This document shows positions 19,023 to 27,808 of a stretch of 64,000 nucleotides of DNA, piece after piece. The stretch lies in contig CAZXGJ010000004.1 in the NCBI GenBank assembly GCA_964639955.1, positions 43,520-107,519 of the forward strand. Direction: 5' to 3'. The position numbers were made by a program, and so were the translations under genes. Under the pieces are notes generated by a model, which was given only the letters and a program-made list of their open reading frames with translations, searched no databases and was not told the DNA's origin. The DNA is from an uncultured Ignavibacteriaceae bacterium. Its GTDB lineage: Bacteria > Bacteroidota > Ignavibacteria > Ignavibacteriales > Ignavibacteriaceae. Numbering within the stretch: position 1 is the stretch's first letter; each line of letters begins with the position of its first letter.

Positions 19023-19652
19023 TTACTTGAACTTTTCAAACAATTCCACAAAATTAATTGCCCCTTCTCTTACTAATACAGGTTTTTCACAGCGTAAATC
19101 TATAATTGTAGAGGCTGCAGGTAATGATTTTTGCTCAGAGTAAAAAATGGCATCAACATCATAAAATTCCTTCTTAATTGCTTCAGGGTTGTTCAATGGT
19201 TCCTGTCCGCTTCTGTTAACGCTTGTGGAAATTAATGGAAGTTTAATCTTCTTAAGGAGCTTTTGGCAGAATATGTTCCGGGGTATTCTGAATGCAGCTT
19301 CTTCCTGATCAAGCAGCTTTTTAGCCCTACTGTTCAAATTCAGAATAACCGAAACAGGGCCCGGCCAAATCAGCTTTAGAAATGCCAGCTGCTTTTGAGT
19401 AGTAACTTCTGCAAAGTTTAATAGGTTCTCCAGGTCAGAAATCAAAAAGATGAATTTTTTATATTCGTCCCTTCCTTTAATATCGGTAATTCGCTGAACT
19501 GCAATTTTTATTTCCGGATTGCAGCCAATTCCGTAAATAGTATCAGTAGGATAAATAAATATCTTTCCCGAAAAAAATAACTTATAAGCAGCCTGAACTG
19601 ATTCTTCAATCTTTTCATCTATATTAAAGCAAAGGGGTTCTGGGTTTTTCAT
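19023..19652 (-). CDS. tsaC: L-threonylcarbamoyladenylate synthase (TsaC/YrdC family)
   Basis: 209 aa. IFIYPTDTIYGIGCNP and PLISTSVNRSGQEP are typical of the YrdC domain. Confidence 0.85.
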   Translation of the reverse strand: MKNPEPLCFNIDEKIEESVQAAYKLFFSGKIFIYPTDTIYGIGCNPEIKIAVQRITDIKGRDEYKKFIFLISDLENLLNFAEVTTQKQLAFLKLIWPGPVSVILNLNSRAKKLLDQEEAAFRIPRNIFCQKLLKKIKLPLISTSVNRSGQEPLNNPEAIKKEFYDVDAIFYSEQKSLPAASTIIDLRCEKPVLVREGAINFVELFEKFK

Positions 19653-20682
19653 TGTTGTTAAGTAAAATAAGGGCTTTGTTGATAACTGCTTCAGGGTTCA
19701 GGAGAAACCCGCAATCAAAAGTAGCTACAGGGCATTTGTTATGTCCGTGTATTCCACAGGGTTTGCATTTAAGGTTGTTGTAACTAACATAGTCGCTCTT
19801 TGAATTATAAGGATAGAAACCAAATGCAGGAACAGTTGAGCAATAAATAGTCAACACCGGAATATCAGCACACATTCCTAAATGAGTTGGGGCACTGTCA
19901 TTGCATATCAGCAACCTGGCAGATTTCAGAAGCTCGGCTGTTTCTGTAAGCGAAAATAAACCCGCAGCATTGAGTATATTTCTGTCTGTAACTAATTCTT
20001 CACATAAGCTTTTATCTTCCGCTCCTCCTGTAAGCACGATTTTATAACCCTTACCGGAAAAAAAATTTATAACCGATTTGAATGATTCTGCCGGATATCT
20101 TTTTGTCTGCCAAACGCTCCCCGGTGCTATGCACAAATAGTTTGAAAGGTTGTTTGACTCAATATACCTGTTCACTTTAATCTTTGATGAATCATCTGCA
20201 GTTATTTCAGGTAAAATTCTCCAGCCATTACCTTCATATTTAAATCCAATTAATTCTAAATTTCTCTGAACTTCATGAGCCGATACATCATAGCTTGCTA
20301 TATTTTTGAAGATGTAAGGAATGCTGCTGCTGCTGAATCCGTAAGAATCAACTTTACCAAGTATCCAAACAATTAATGCGCTGCGGAAAGAACGATGTGG
20401 GCAAATAATTTTACTATAACCGCGTGACTTTAAACTTTTTACAAAAGATAAAAATTTTCCAAGCTTGCGTTGAGCGCCCAGTTTATCCAGCACCACTACC
20501 GAATTTACATAAGGTGAAGATTCAAATATTTCTTTTGTTGAAGGAATGCACAATACTTCCACTTCTGTATTCTCAGATTTCCTATTTAGCATCTGTATCA
20601 TAGGAAGAGTAAGAATGGCATCGCCGGGGAATGCAGTTTGAATTACCAATATCCTGTTGTGTTTACCCTTTGCTATTTCCAT
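19624..20682 (-). CDS. Glycosyltransferase family 9 (LPS heptosyltransferase-like)
   Basis: 352 aa. RILVIQTAFPGDAILTLP at the N-terminus and LLICNDSAPTHLG near the C-terminus. Confidence 0.8.
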   Translation of the reverse strand: MEIAKGKHNRILVIQTAFPGDAILTLPMIQMLNRKSENTEVEVLCIPSTKEIFESSPYVNSVVVLDKLGAQRKLGKFLSFVKSLKSRGYSKIICPHRSFRSALIVWILGKVDSYGFSSSSIPYIFKNIASYDVSAHEVQRNLELIGFKYEGNGWRILPEITADDSSKIKVNRYIESNNLSNYLCIAPGSVWQTKRYPAESFKSVINFFSGKGYKIVLTGGAEDKSLCEELVTDRNILNAAGLFSLTETAELLKSARLLICNDSAPTHLGMCADIPVLTIYCSTVPAFGFYPYNSKSDYVSYNNLKCKPCGIHGHNKCPVATFDCGFLLNPEAVINKALILLNNNEKPRTPLL

Positions 20683-21539
20683 CTTTTATGAAGCCAAAGC
20701 CATTGTTCGGGAAATTGCCTTATCATTTTCTCAAGATAATTTGTATGCCTCTGAGTTAATACAGCAATTTTTTCATCCTTATCTTCAGGAAGGTTTGAAG
20801 TATCTATTTCCGATATGCACAATTTATACTTATAATTCTTTTGCCTGATTAATAATCCATAAAATATAGGAATACCTGTTTTTACTGCAAAAAAAGCAGG
20901 GCCCGTATGAGCATAGACATCTTTACCAAAAAATTTAACAGGAACCCCTTCTTTAGGACCCCTCTGATCGGCAACAATAGCTACTATCTTCTTTTGTTTA
21001 AGAGCCAGGTAAATATTTTTTACAGATGGACCGAGAGGAACTACTTCGTTGCCCCATTTGGTTCTCTCGGAGTTCATCCATCTGTATATATGCGGGTTGC
21101 CAAGCGGCTTAACAATAACAGAATAAGGTATTTTCATATTAGCAGCACAGAGCAAGGCTGCATATTCCCAGTTGCTAAAATGCGCCGATAATATAATTAG
21201 CCCCTCATTCTCATAATATTTTTTTGCCAGGATATCTGCATCCCGGAATTCAACAAGATCATCAATCTGTTCCTTTTTTAAAGCCGGAAGTGTTAATATT
21301 TCAATAAGTGTGATCGAAACATTTTTATATACACCGAAGGCAATTTTTTTGATTTTTCTATTATCATATTCAGGAAATGCAAGCTTCAAATTTTCCAGAA
21401 CAGTTTTTTTTCTTACCGGAATTACAAAGTAGAATAAAACAGCTAAGAGCACTGATAAACGCCTCGAGAGTGTTATACCGAGCAGCCGAAAGATCCCACT
21501 GAAAATCAAAAACAAAAAATATTCAATTCTCTTTTTCAT
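20673..21539 (-). CDS. Lipid A late acyltransferase family protein (LpxL/HtrB-like)
   Basis: 288 aa. An N-terminal TM helix is followed by the SAHFSNWEY acyltransferase H-box and QWLWLHKRWK at the C-terminus. Confidence 0.8.
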   Translation of the reverse strand: MKKRIEYFLFLIFSGIFRLLGITLSRRLSVLLAVLFYFVIPVRKKTVLENLKLAFPEYDNRKIKKIAFGVYKNVSITLIEILTLPALKKEQIDDLVEFRDADILAKKYYENEGLIILSAHFSNWEYAALLCAANMKIPYSVIVKPLGNPHIYRWMNSERTKWGNEVVPLGPSVKNIYLALKQKKIVAIVADQRGPKEGVPVKFFGKDVYAHTGPAFFAVKTGIPIFYGLLIRQKNYKYKLCISEIDTSNLPEDKDEKIAVLTQRHTNYLEKMIRQFPEQWLWLHKRWK

Positions 21540-21666
21540 TTCTTAGTAAAATTATGATTTTAAAGATAATTATAGAAGGGTAAAATAATAGAAGAGAAGT
21601 CAGCAAGTTATATATCTTGCAATAAGGGGATTTAAAACCAAACATTAAAATATTAAGCAAATCCGC

Positions 21667-23034
21667 TTATTGAACAGTAATCCTCCTCATCCAGTAGTCG
21701 TCTCTGTATTCACCTCTTTTATTCGAGTGAACAAGCTGATAATCCGAAAACCCGAATATATCAGCAAAAATAAAGAAGACTCCACCTTCAATATTATGGT
21801 AATTCCAGATTTCATATGGCCTGGTTTCAATCTGATTCGGGTAGCGTTCAATTTCAGAAGGTTCACCATATATAAGATAAATACGGCCGCGGTCTGTCTT
21901 CCAGCCTTCCTTGCTTATGGATCTGAATTTTAGGTTACTTTCTTCAACGCGTTTCATATAGGAGGAATATGTTTGATTGAAATCGTCTGCGGGATAATCA
22001 TCTCTTGCTTTCCAGAAATTATAAAGGAACTCTCTTTTCCCTTCAATTGTGGTCAGCGCTTCGTATTGGTCATTTTCAGTCTCTGTTGCTATATAACTTG
22101 CTTTTTCAAATAAATCATCTAGCTCTTCTTCTGACATTGCACCAAACTGCGTGCTCAAAACCGGCGAGATTTGCTGCTGAAGTGTATCGTAATAGACGAT
22201 TGACGGGTTATAAATAAAAAATCTTTTTGATGATGACACACCTTGGTTGGAAATACTGTCTATTAAATTTAGAATAAGAGTATACGTATCTGTGGGAAGT
22301 TTGTTGGCCATAATACGTCCCACTTCCACACGTGAGCTGGCAACTCTGTTAAGATCTTTTCTCTTTAAATTAACAAGCTGACCTCTGCTGTTGATAAGCA
22401 GCTGCTCTAATCTAATGCCTTCATCCACATCGATCTGAGGAAGATTATACAATTCAGAATAATAAAATAAAACCGGTTGTCCTTCACCAAATACAGATGT
22501 CGGATTCGGAGTTACTTCATATGTATTTTTATAAAATATCGATTCTTTATTCTGACTATCCTGAATTATTGCGGAAGCCAACTGAATATCGCTTAAGCTC
22601 ATTACATGATGAAGGAAAGGTTTTACTGTTATAAACTCGTTTATTGTCTTATTTACTCCAGGCTTCAAAGCATCTGCACCATTTACAATACATTTGTATG
22701 AGCCTTCCGACAGCACAAAACCAAGCAAGCCAATTAAATTATTCCGTGTATTGGGACTGCTGAGAACCGGGTTTTCTACAGACCAGGTTTTATCTACTAT
22801 TACCTGGCCGGTTGCCGAATCCGATATTAAAATACTTAGTTCAGCTTTAGTATAGAGAATACTATCTGCCGAAGCTGCAGTAAGTGTCGACTGGTCGAAC
22901 GAATAGTAAATTTCCAAATAGTTCGAGCTTGAGTCAAAGCCAAATTGAGCATAATCAAATTCAAATTCAAGTTGTTGTGCTTTGACTTCAGTTAATAAAA
23001 ATAATATGCTGACAAAGAGAAAATGAGATTTCAT
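21667..23034 (-). CDS. GWxTD domain-containing secreted protein
   Basis: I chose the start at 23034 (MKSHFLFVSILFLLTEVKA-QQ, a signal peptide). The C-terminal EGWKTDRGRIYLIYGEPSEIERYP is the GWxTD signature. Confidence 0.75.
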   Translation of the reverse strand: MKSHFLFVSILFLLTEVKAQQLEFEFDYAQFGFDSSSNYLEIYYSFDQSTLTAASADSILYTKAELSILISDSATGQVIVDKTWSVENPVLSSPNTRNNLIGLLGFVLSEGSYKCIVNGADALKPGVNKTINEFITVKPFLHHVMSLSDIQLASAIIQDSQNKESIFYKNTYEVTPNPTSVFGEGQPVLFYYSELYNLPQIDVDEGIRLEQLLINSRGQLVNLKRKDLNRVASSRVEVGRIMANKLPTDTYTLILNLIDSISNQGVSSSKRFFIYNPSIVYYDTLQQQISPVLSTQFGAMSEEELDDLFEKASYIATETENDQYEALTTIEGKREFLYNFWKARDDYPADDFNQTYSSYMKRVEESNLKFRSISKEGWKTDRGRIYLIYGEPSEIERYPNQIETRPYEIWNYHNIEGGVFFIFADIFGFSDYQLVHSNKRGEYRDDYWMRRITVQ

Positions 23035-23059
23035 ATTATCGCCCTGAATCAAACTTTAG

Positions 23060-23098
23060 AAAAAATAAAAGGCGTCTATTGAAAACTCAACAGACGCC
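23060..23098 (-). terminator. Intrinsic terminator after the PorV/PorQ-like gene
   Basis: On the minus strand: GGCGTCT-N14-AGACGCC followed by TTTTATTTTTT. Confidence 0.65.
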
Positions 23099-23116
23099 AG
23101 ATAGTCAAGCTCAGGT

Positions 23117-24130
23117 TTACTGGAAATTAAGCTTAATAGTAAAAATATGATTAGCACTCGGGAATTCTTTAACATCCCTGAAAGCATAATCGAAAACAAA
23201 ACCGAGCTCATCGCCGATTTTATAATCTATTCCAGCTCCGAATGACAAACCATAGACATATTCATTGGAATTTTCTACCAGGAAGTTATATCCTCCGCGG
23301 ACAAAGAAATTATTCATAAATCCGTATTCCAGACCTAAATTGGCAACATCTTCAAATGAATTATTAGCAGTGTAAGCACCTGCAAAAAGAAGATTGTTTT
23401 GCTCATTAAAGTTAAGTGCATAAGTCAAACTTAGCTGGAAGAAACTGGGGATCTGGAAAGATTCAGTTATAATTTCGTAACTGCCCGATGAAGAACCGGG
23501 TATTGTATTCGGAATGGTTGTTCTGGCAGTTAAATCCTCGCCGGAATATGTCATATTGGTTCCGATGTTCTTAACAGCAGCACCAATCATCAAACTTTCA
23601 GAAAAACGATACTGAACTCCTGCATCGAGTGCGAAACCGGTAGCATTGGCATTCTGTATTGTTTCGGATATCAGTTTTAAATTAGTACCGATGGAGATTC
23701 TATCCGTAAGAACTTTGGAATAAGTAAATCCAAGGGTAAGAAACGATGGGGAGTATGTATTGCCGGTTCCATCCGGAAAATCTTCTGTGGTAACCGGTAT
23801 ATCACCAAAGTCGAGCGATTTGAGGTCTAGCCCGATAGAACCAAAATCTCCCAGCGATGTTCCCACAGCAAAATAAGAAATATTTATATCAGCCAGGTAA
23901 CTAACGTAGCTGAACATAGCTTCAGTTTGCGGATAAACATCAAGACCAGCAGGATTGTAGAAGATAGATTCCAAGCCGGTAATATTAGCCAGGAATGAAC
24001 CACCTGTCGCGATTCCGCGGGCACCCACAGGTATTAAAAGCTGCTCGGCACCTGTTGTTCCTTTTCTTGCAACATCACCCGCATAGGTTGAAGTTGCTAT
24101 CAAAACAAGTATTAGTATTATTTTTTTCAT
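23117..24130 (-). CDS. PorV/PorQ-family outer-membrane beta-barrel (T9SS-associated)
   Basis: 337 aa with a signal peptide. GTTGAEQLLIPVGARGIATGGSFLANITGLESIFYNPAGL matches the family N-terminal signature. Alternating beta-strand pattern, ending in an aromatic residue (...FTIKLNFQ). Confidence 0.7.
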   Translation of the reverse strand: MKKIILILVLIATSTYAGDVARKGTTGAEQLLIPVGARGIATGGSFLANITGLESIFYNPAGLDVYPQTEAMFSYVSYLADINISYFAVGTSLGDFGSIGLDLKSLDFGDIPVTTEDFPDGTGNTYSPSFLTLGFTYSKVLTDRISIGTNLKLISETIQNANATGFALDAGVQYRFSESLMIGAAVKNIGTNMTYSGEDLTARTTIPNTIPGSSSGSYEIITESFQIPSFFQLSLTYALNFNEQNNLLFAGAYTANNSFEDVANLGLEYGFMNNFFVRGGYNFLVENSNEYVYGLSFGAGIDYKIGDELGFVFDYAFRDVKEFPSANHIFTIKLNFQ

Positions 24131-24163
24131 TTTATAAGCTCCAATATTCTATATTAAAATAGC

Positions 24164-24191
24164 TGGCAGGTGAACAATTTTATACCTGCCA
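24164..24191 (-). terminator. Hairpin downstream of the 1189-aa gene (weak T-tract)
   Basis: TGGCAGGT (24164-24171) pairs with ACCTGCCA (24184-24191). The minus-strand trailing sequence GCTATTTTAAT is only moderately T-rich. Confidence 0.4.
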
Positions 24192-24202
24192 TTATTAATT
24201 CA

Positions 24203-27200
24203 TTAGAACCTTTGTATTTGTTTTTGCGGCATTATTATAGCAAACTTCAACACCTTGTCGCCATATTTAGGTGATGATACTATAGCCAGATACATTCCCG
24301 ATGCAACTCTGAGACCAGATTCATTCTGCAGATTCCATCTCAGGAAAGGCGAAGAAGGTAAATCCTTATCCTCCGTACCGATTGTTCTTAACAAAACGCC
24401 CGACAAAGAATATATTTTAACAGTTACCTGCTCGGGCAGATTTGTAAATGTTACAAATGGTTCGTCGGGGGTACTTGAGTAGTAATTGCTCAAAGTATTA
24501 TAGCCGAATAAAGGGTTCGGGTAAACGTTTACTTTTTCCCAGAGTGCCCGTTCTTCTTCCTCGGTTAACGTGGTGCCATCCAGTGTTGTGAATTGATATA
24601 CGTCATCCTCTGTATACGGATAAACCTCCAGCGGTATGGTAAGAACATCGCCCGCAGTAAACCAGGCTGATTCATCACTTCTTTCCAAACCTACCAGATA
24701 CATTGTGCTTAACCAGGGCGATGCAAAAATATCCCTCTGTTCATCAGTTATGCCCTGGGCATCTTCCGGAATCTTCGGAAGATTATTTATAACACGAACC
24801 AAATCCGACCAGACTACTACAGGACCTCCGGTAGTCTGGAATTCACCGCCGGTTAGTTCAATCTGTCCGCCGGTATTATCATAAGGTGCATTAAATATAA
24901 CAATCATCTCGCCTGATTCTTTTACTGAGGTACTGGGGTCCCACTTTCCATCCGGGTTGCCATCCGGGTACTTAGAAGTATTTCTTGCTTCTATAAAACC
25001 AACGGCAAGTTGATACTCTTCATTATATCTTTCATCCACAACCCAGGCGGTAAACGGAACATCGACAAATCCCATTGGTCTGTTGTTAACTTCATCCCAC
25101 ATTCCGATAACACCTTTGTTAACGGTATCCGAACTGCTGATAGCAGATGCGAAAGTATAACTGTTAGTTGCAGGTATTTTAATATATCCATTAATGTACC
25201 TGTAAGCTTTACCTACTCCTTCAGCACCAAAACGGATTTCAACTTTTCGCAGCTTATCATTGCTCAGGTAAGTGCTTCTGTTGCTATTCGTAAACGGCGC
25301 CGGGTTATCTCCTGTTGGTATAAGATCTTTACCAACATACCAGACTCCGGTTGAGTTAGCTGAATCAAAATCAGCATACCACTCAGCACCGTCGGGAGCG
25401 TAAGTAACATCTCCTATTGCAGCATTCTGTTCCTCCACCTTGGTTATGAATCCCTCGGTTACTTTTTGGTTTATATATGTATCGCCGTAAGTATAAGCGA
25501 GAGAGGTATCGAGGGGTTCACCGGTTGAGATATTTTTGAGTGTCCAATACATTGAATATGGAGTAGACTCTGTGTTCTTGAAGAAAGTAACTTCGTAAGT
25601 ATCACCTGTTAGCGCCTCATTATTAATTACATCAAATCCAACATTTCCAAGTGATGCCCCGCTTACCTGGTTAGCAGGCTGAACTTCAACAGGAGGATTT
25701 AATGCGTCGACACCGCATACAATAGAATTTATTGAACGAATGTTCTCCGCTTCCTGTGCAAATGCAAATGCGTTAAGATAATAATCACCAGGAGTTCCTA
25801 TAGTAGTATCGGGATCATCTTTATAGACTAAAGCGAAGTAATTAAGCGCATAGCTTGTTACTGCAAAATAATAAGGTCTGCCTTTAACTACTTTTTGATC
25901 AGGCGAGAAAGGATCGTTATAGACTCTCAATCTTATCCGCCCTGTCTGAGGATTTCTATAAATTAAAGTATCCAGTTGATTTTCTTCCGATGATACAGAG
26001 TATAACAATTCAATTCCCCCGGTCTCTGCGTTTTCTTTATAAACATTCCGAATAAAATTATCTACATCGTATGTAGCCAGCAAAATGGAATTTGGTTGCC
26101 CGTCAACAACATCTTCAGCTATGTTGGTTTTAAATGCCCAAACCTGGTAGCCTTCAAAGTGAAGATCCCAGGTGGGTGTATTACTAACATAATTTGCCTG
26201 TTTTTCAGTATCCCAAACAATATCAATAAAATCGTCGCTGGAAGAGAGAGTAACAACCGGTGCCGGAGGAGGTGTAGGCGCAAGGAAATTCAGATCAAAA
26301 ATATTTTGTGCACCATCGTCTATAGCACGTGCTTTTGTTATACCATCCAGCGGATTTGAACCTCTGCCTACAATGTAAGCAACTACGATTTCGTTCTCAA
26401 CATTTTTTTCCAGGACAAATGGTCCTGTATTAGTCATCTGCCTCTGGTCTCTTTCGTTTGCACATAACCAGCCGGTTCCCGTTACAGGATCACCGGAGAA
26501 CCAAAACCTTGCATCTGTAGTATCGCAGCCGGCAAAATTTCCGGCATTTCCATAAGGCCAGGTACAAGGATCGGGGATATCACCCTGCCTGGTTCTGCCT
26601 TCCATGTAGAATCTTGCTTCTTCTTTTGTACCAGGGTCATTAAGATTTTGGTCGCCATTTATATATTCCACAAAAGAAGAGATAGGAAGATTTTTTGCAC
26701 CGGGAAATTCTACAATTCCCTTTCTCTGTCCTCTTACCGAATAGGCAGAAGTAAGAGGTGTATCAGTTCCTTCATCATATTTGCCGTCACCATCATTATC
26801 AATAAATGTTTCTCCAGGAATATATGCCCGGGGCCCTGAGAAGAAGTCTATCATAAAGCAGGGCACCTGCGATCCGTAACTTGCATCTATCTTTTTATTG
26901 TACGTATAACCCGCATTTCTTGGCACATCAACACCAACTACGTCATCATTGAAGTCACCAACATCGGGGTCTGCCCAGACTCCAAAATAAACGTTGGTGA
27001 GCTCATCGGGGTCATTTGCATTTAATCCAACATATTTAAATCTGAATCGAACAAAAATAAGATTTCCGATTGCACCTGCTGAGGCAAAGGCAAAAACGCT
27101 TTGTCTTATTTCAACACCTACTTCTAAAGAAGTATTCCATCTCCTTTGAGCAACCGGCAAGCCGTCGTGGTAAACGCACCACACTGTTTCATCACCAATT

Positions 27201-27772
27201 AAATCGGGCATATCTTCATCTTCCTGCCATCCGGGAATACCATTCTTTTCCACGGGATTATATATATTATCGCCATCGCCATCGTAAAAATCGGCACCTA
27301 AAGAAACGGCATCTTTCCAATCCTGCCAGCTTGGTCCGAAGGGTTCATCCTGGGCATTCACTACATATAATACTGCGTTCGGATTATCCTCATCACCAAC
27401 CTCACCCTGCAGATAGTCTTCCACAAGAGTAGCAGAGGCATTTGCATTAGCCCATAAATCTGCGCCGCGGTAGCCGCTGAGGAAAAATCCTGATGAAAAT
27501 AAAAAAGTACCGCCGGCAAACTGTCCACCGCTTCCTAACGGAGGAACATTTACATCGGCAATAATTCCTTTCCTGTTTAAAGGAAGCCAGATATTGTTTA
27601 CATTCATTCCGTAAGCATCACCCGATTTGCCGGATTGAGTGTTTGAAAGCTTATAGATTTGCTTGGGTGAACGTATACCATTCTTATCGTCCCCAAGGAA
27701 ACCAAAGGCGATAAATGCGGCTAATAAAATCATCAGCAGCAATTTATAACTGTGTTTATTTTTTAGTTTCAT
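24203..27772 (-). CDS. Very large secreted protein with T9SS C-terminal sorting domain
   Basis: 1189 aa with an N-terminal signal/anchor. Acidic Ca-binding-like motifs are present (FYDGDGDNIYNP, FIDNDGDGKYDEGTD). The C-terminal ~100 aa, VNVYPNPLF...VTVKIYSLSGVLL...SGMYLAIV...KFAII, resembles a Por secretion tail. Confidence 0.7.
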   Translation of the reverse strand: MKLKNKHSYKLLLMILLAAFIAFGFLGDDKNGIRSPKQIYKLSNTQSGKSGDAYGMNVNNIWLPLNRKGIIADVNVPPLGSGGQFAGGTFLFSSGFFLSGYRGADLWANANASATLVEDYLQGEVGDEDNPNAVLYVVNAQDEPFGPSWQDWKDAVSLGADFYDGDGDNIYNPVEKNGIPGWQEDEDMPDLIGDETVWCVYHDGLPVAQRRWNTSLEVGVEIRQSVFAFASAGAIGNLIFVRFRFKYVGLNANDPDELTNVYFGVWADPDVGDFNDDVVGVDVPRNAGYTYNKKIDASYGSQVPCFMIDFFSGPRAYIPGETFIDNDGDGKYDEGTDTPLTSAYSVRGQRKGIVEFPGAKNLPISSFVEYINGDQNLNDPGTKEEARFYMEGRTRQGDIPDPCTWPYGNAGNFAGCDTTDARFWFSGDPVTGTGWLCANERDQRQMTNTGPFVLEKNVENEIVVAYIVGRGSNPLDGITKARAIDDGAQNIFDLNFLAPTPPPAPVVTLSSSDDFIDIVWDTEKQANYVSNTPTWDLHFEGYQVWAFKTNIAEDVVDGQPNSILLATYDVDNFIRNVYKENAETGGIELLYSVSSEENQLDTLIYRNPQTGRIRLRVYNDPFSPDQKVVKGRPYYFAVTSYALNYFALVYKDDPDTTIGTPGDYYLNAFAFAQEAENIRSINSIVCGVDALNPPVEVQPANQVSGASLGNVGFDVINNEALTGDTYEVTFFKNTESTPYSMYWTLKNISTGEPLDTSLAYTYGDTYINQKVTEGFITKVEEQNAAIGDVTYAPDGAEWYADFDSANSTGVWYVGKDLIPTGDNPAPFTNSNRSTYLSNDKLRKVEIRFGAEGVGKAYRYINGYIKIPATNSYTFASAISSSDTVNKGVIGMWDEVNNRPMGFVDVPFTAWVVDERYNEEYQLAVGFIEARNTSKYPDGNPDGKWDPSTSVKESGEMIVIFNAPYDNTGGQIELTGGEFQTTGGPVVVWSDLVRVINNLPKIPEDAQGITDEQRDIFASPWLSTMYLVGLERSDESAWFTAGDVLTIPLEVYPYTEDDVYQFTTLDGTTLTEEEERALWEKVNVYPNPLFGYNTLSNYYSSTPDEPFVTFTNLPEQVTVKIYSLSGVLLRTIGTEDKDLPSSPFLRWNLQNESGLRVASGMYLAIVSSPKYGDKVLKFAIIMPQKQIQRF

Positions 27773-27808
27773 TTCTGTTATCCTGTTTATAATTAAAACC
27801 TAATTTCA

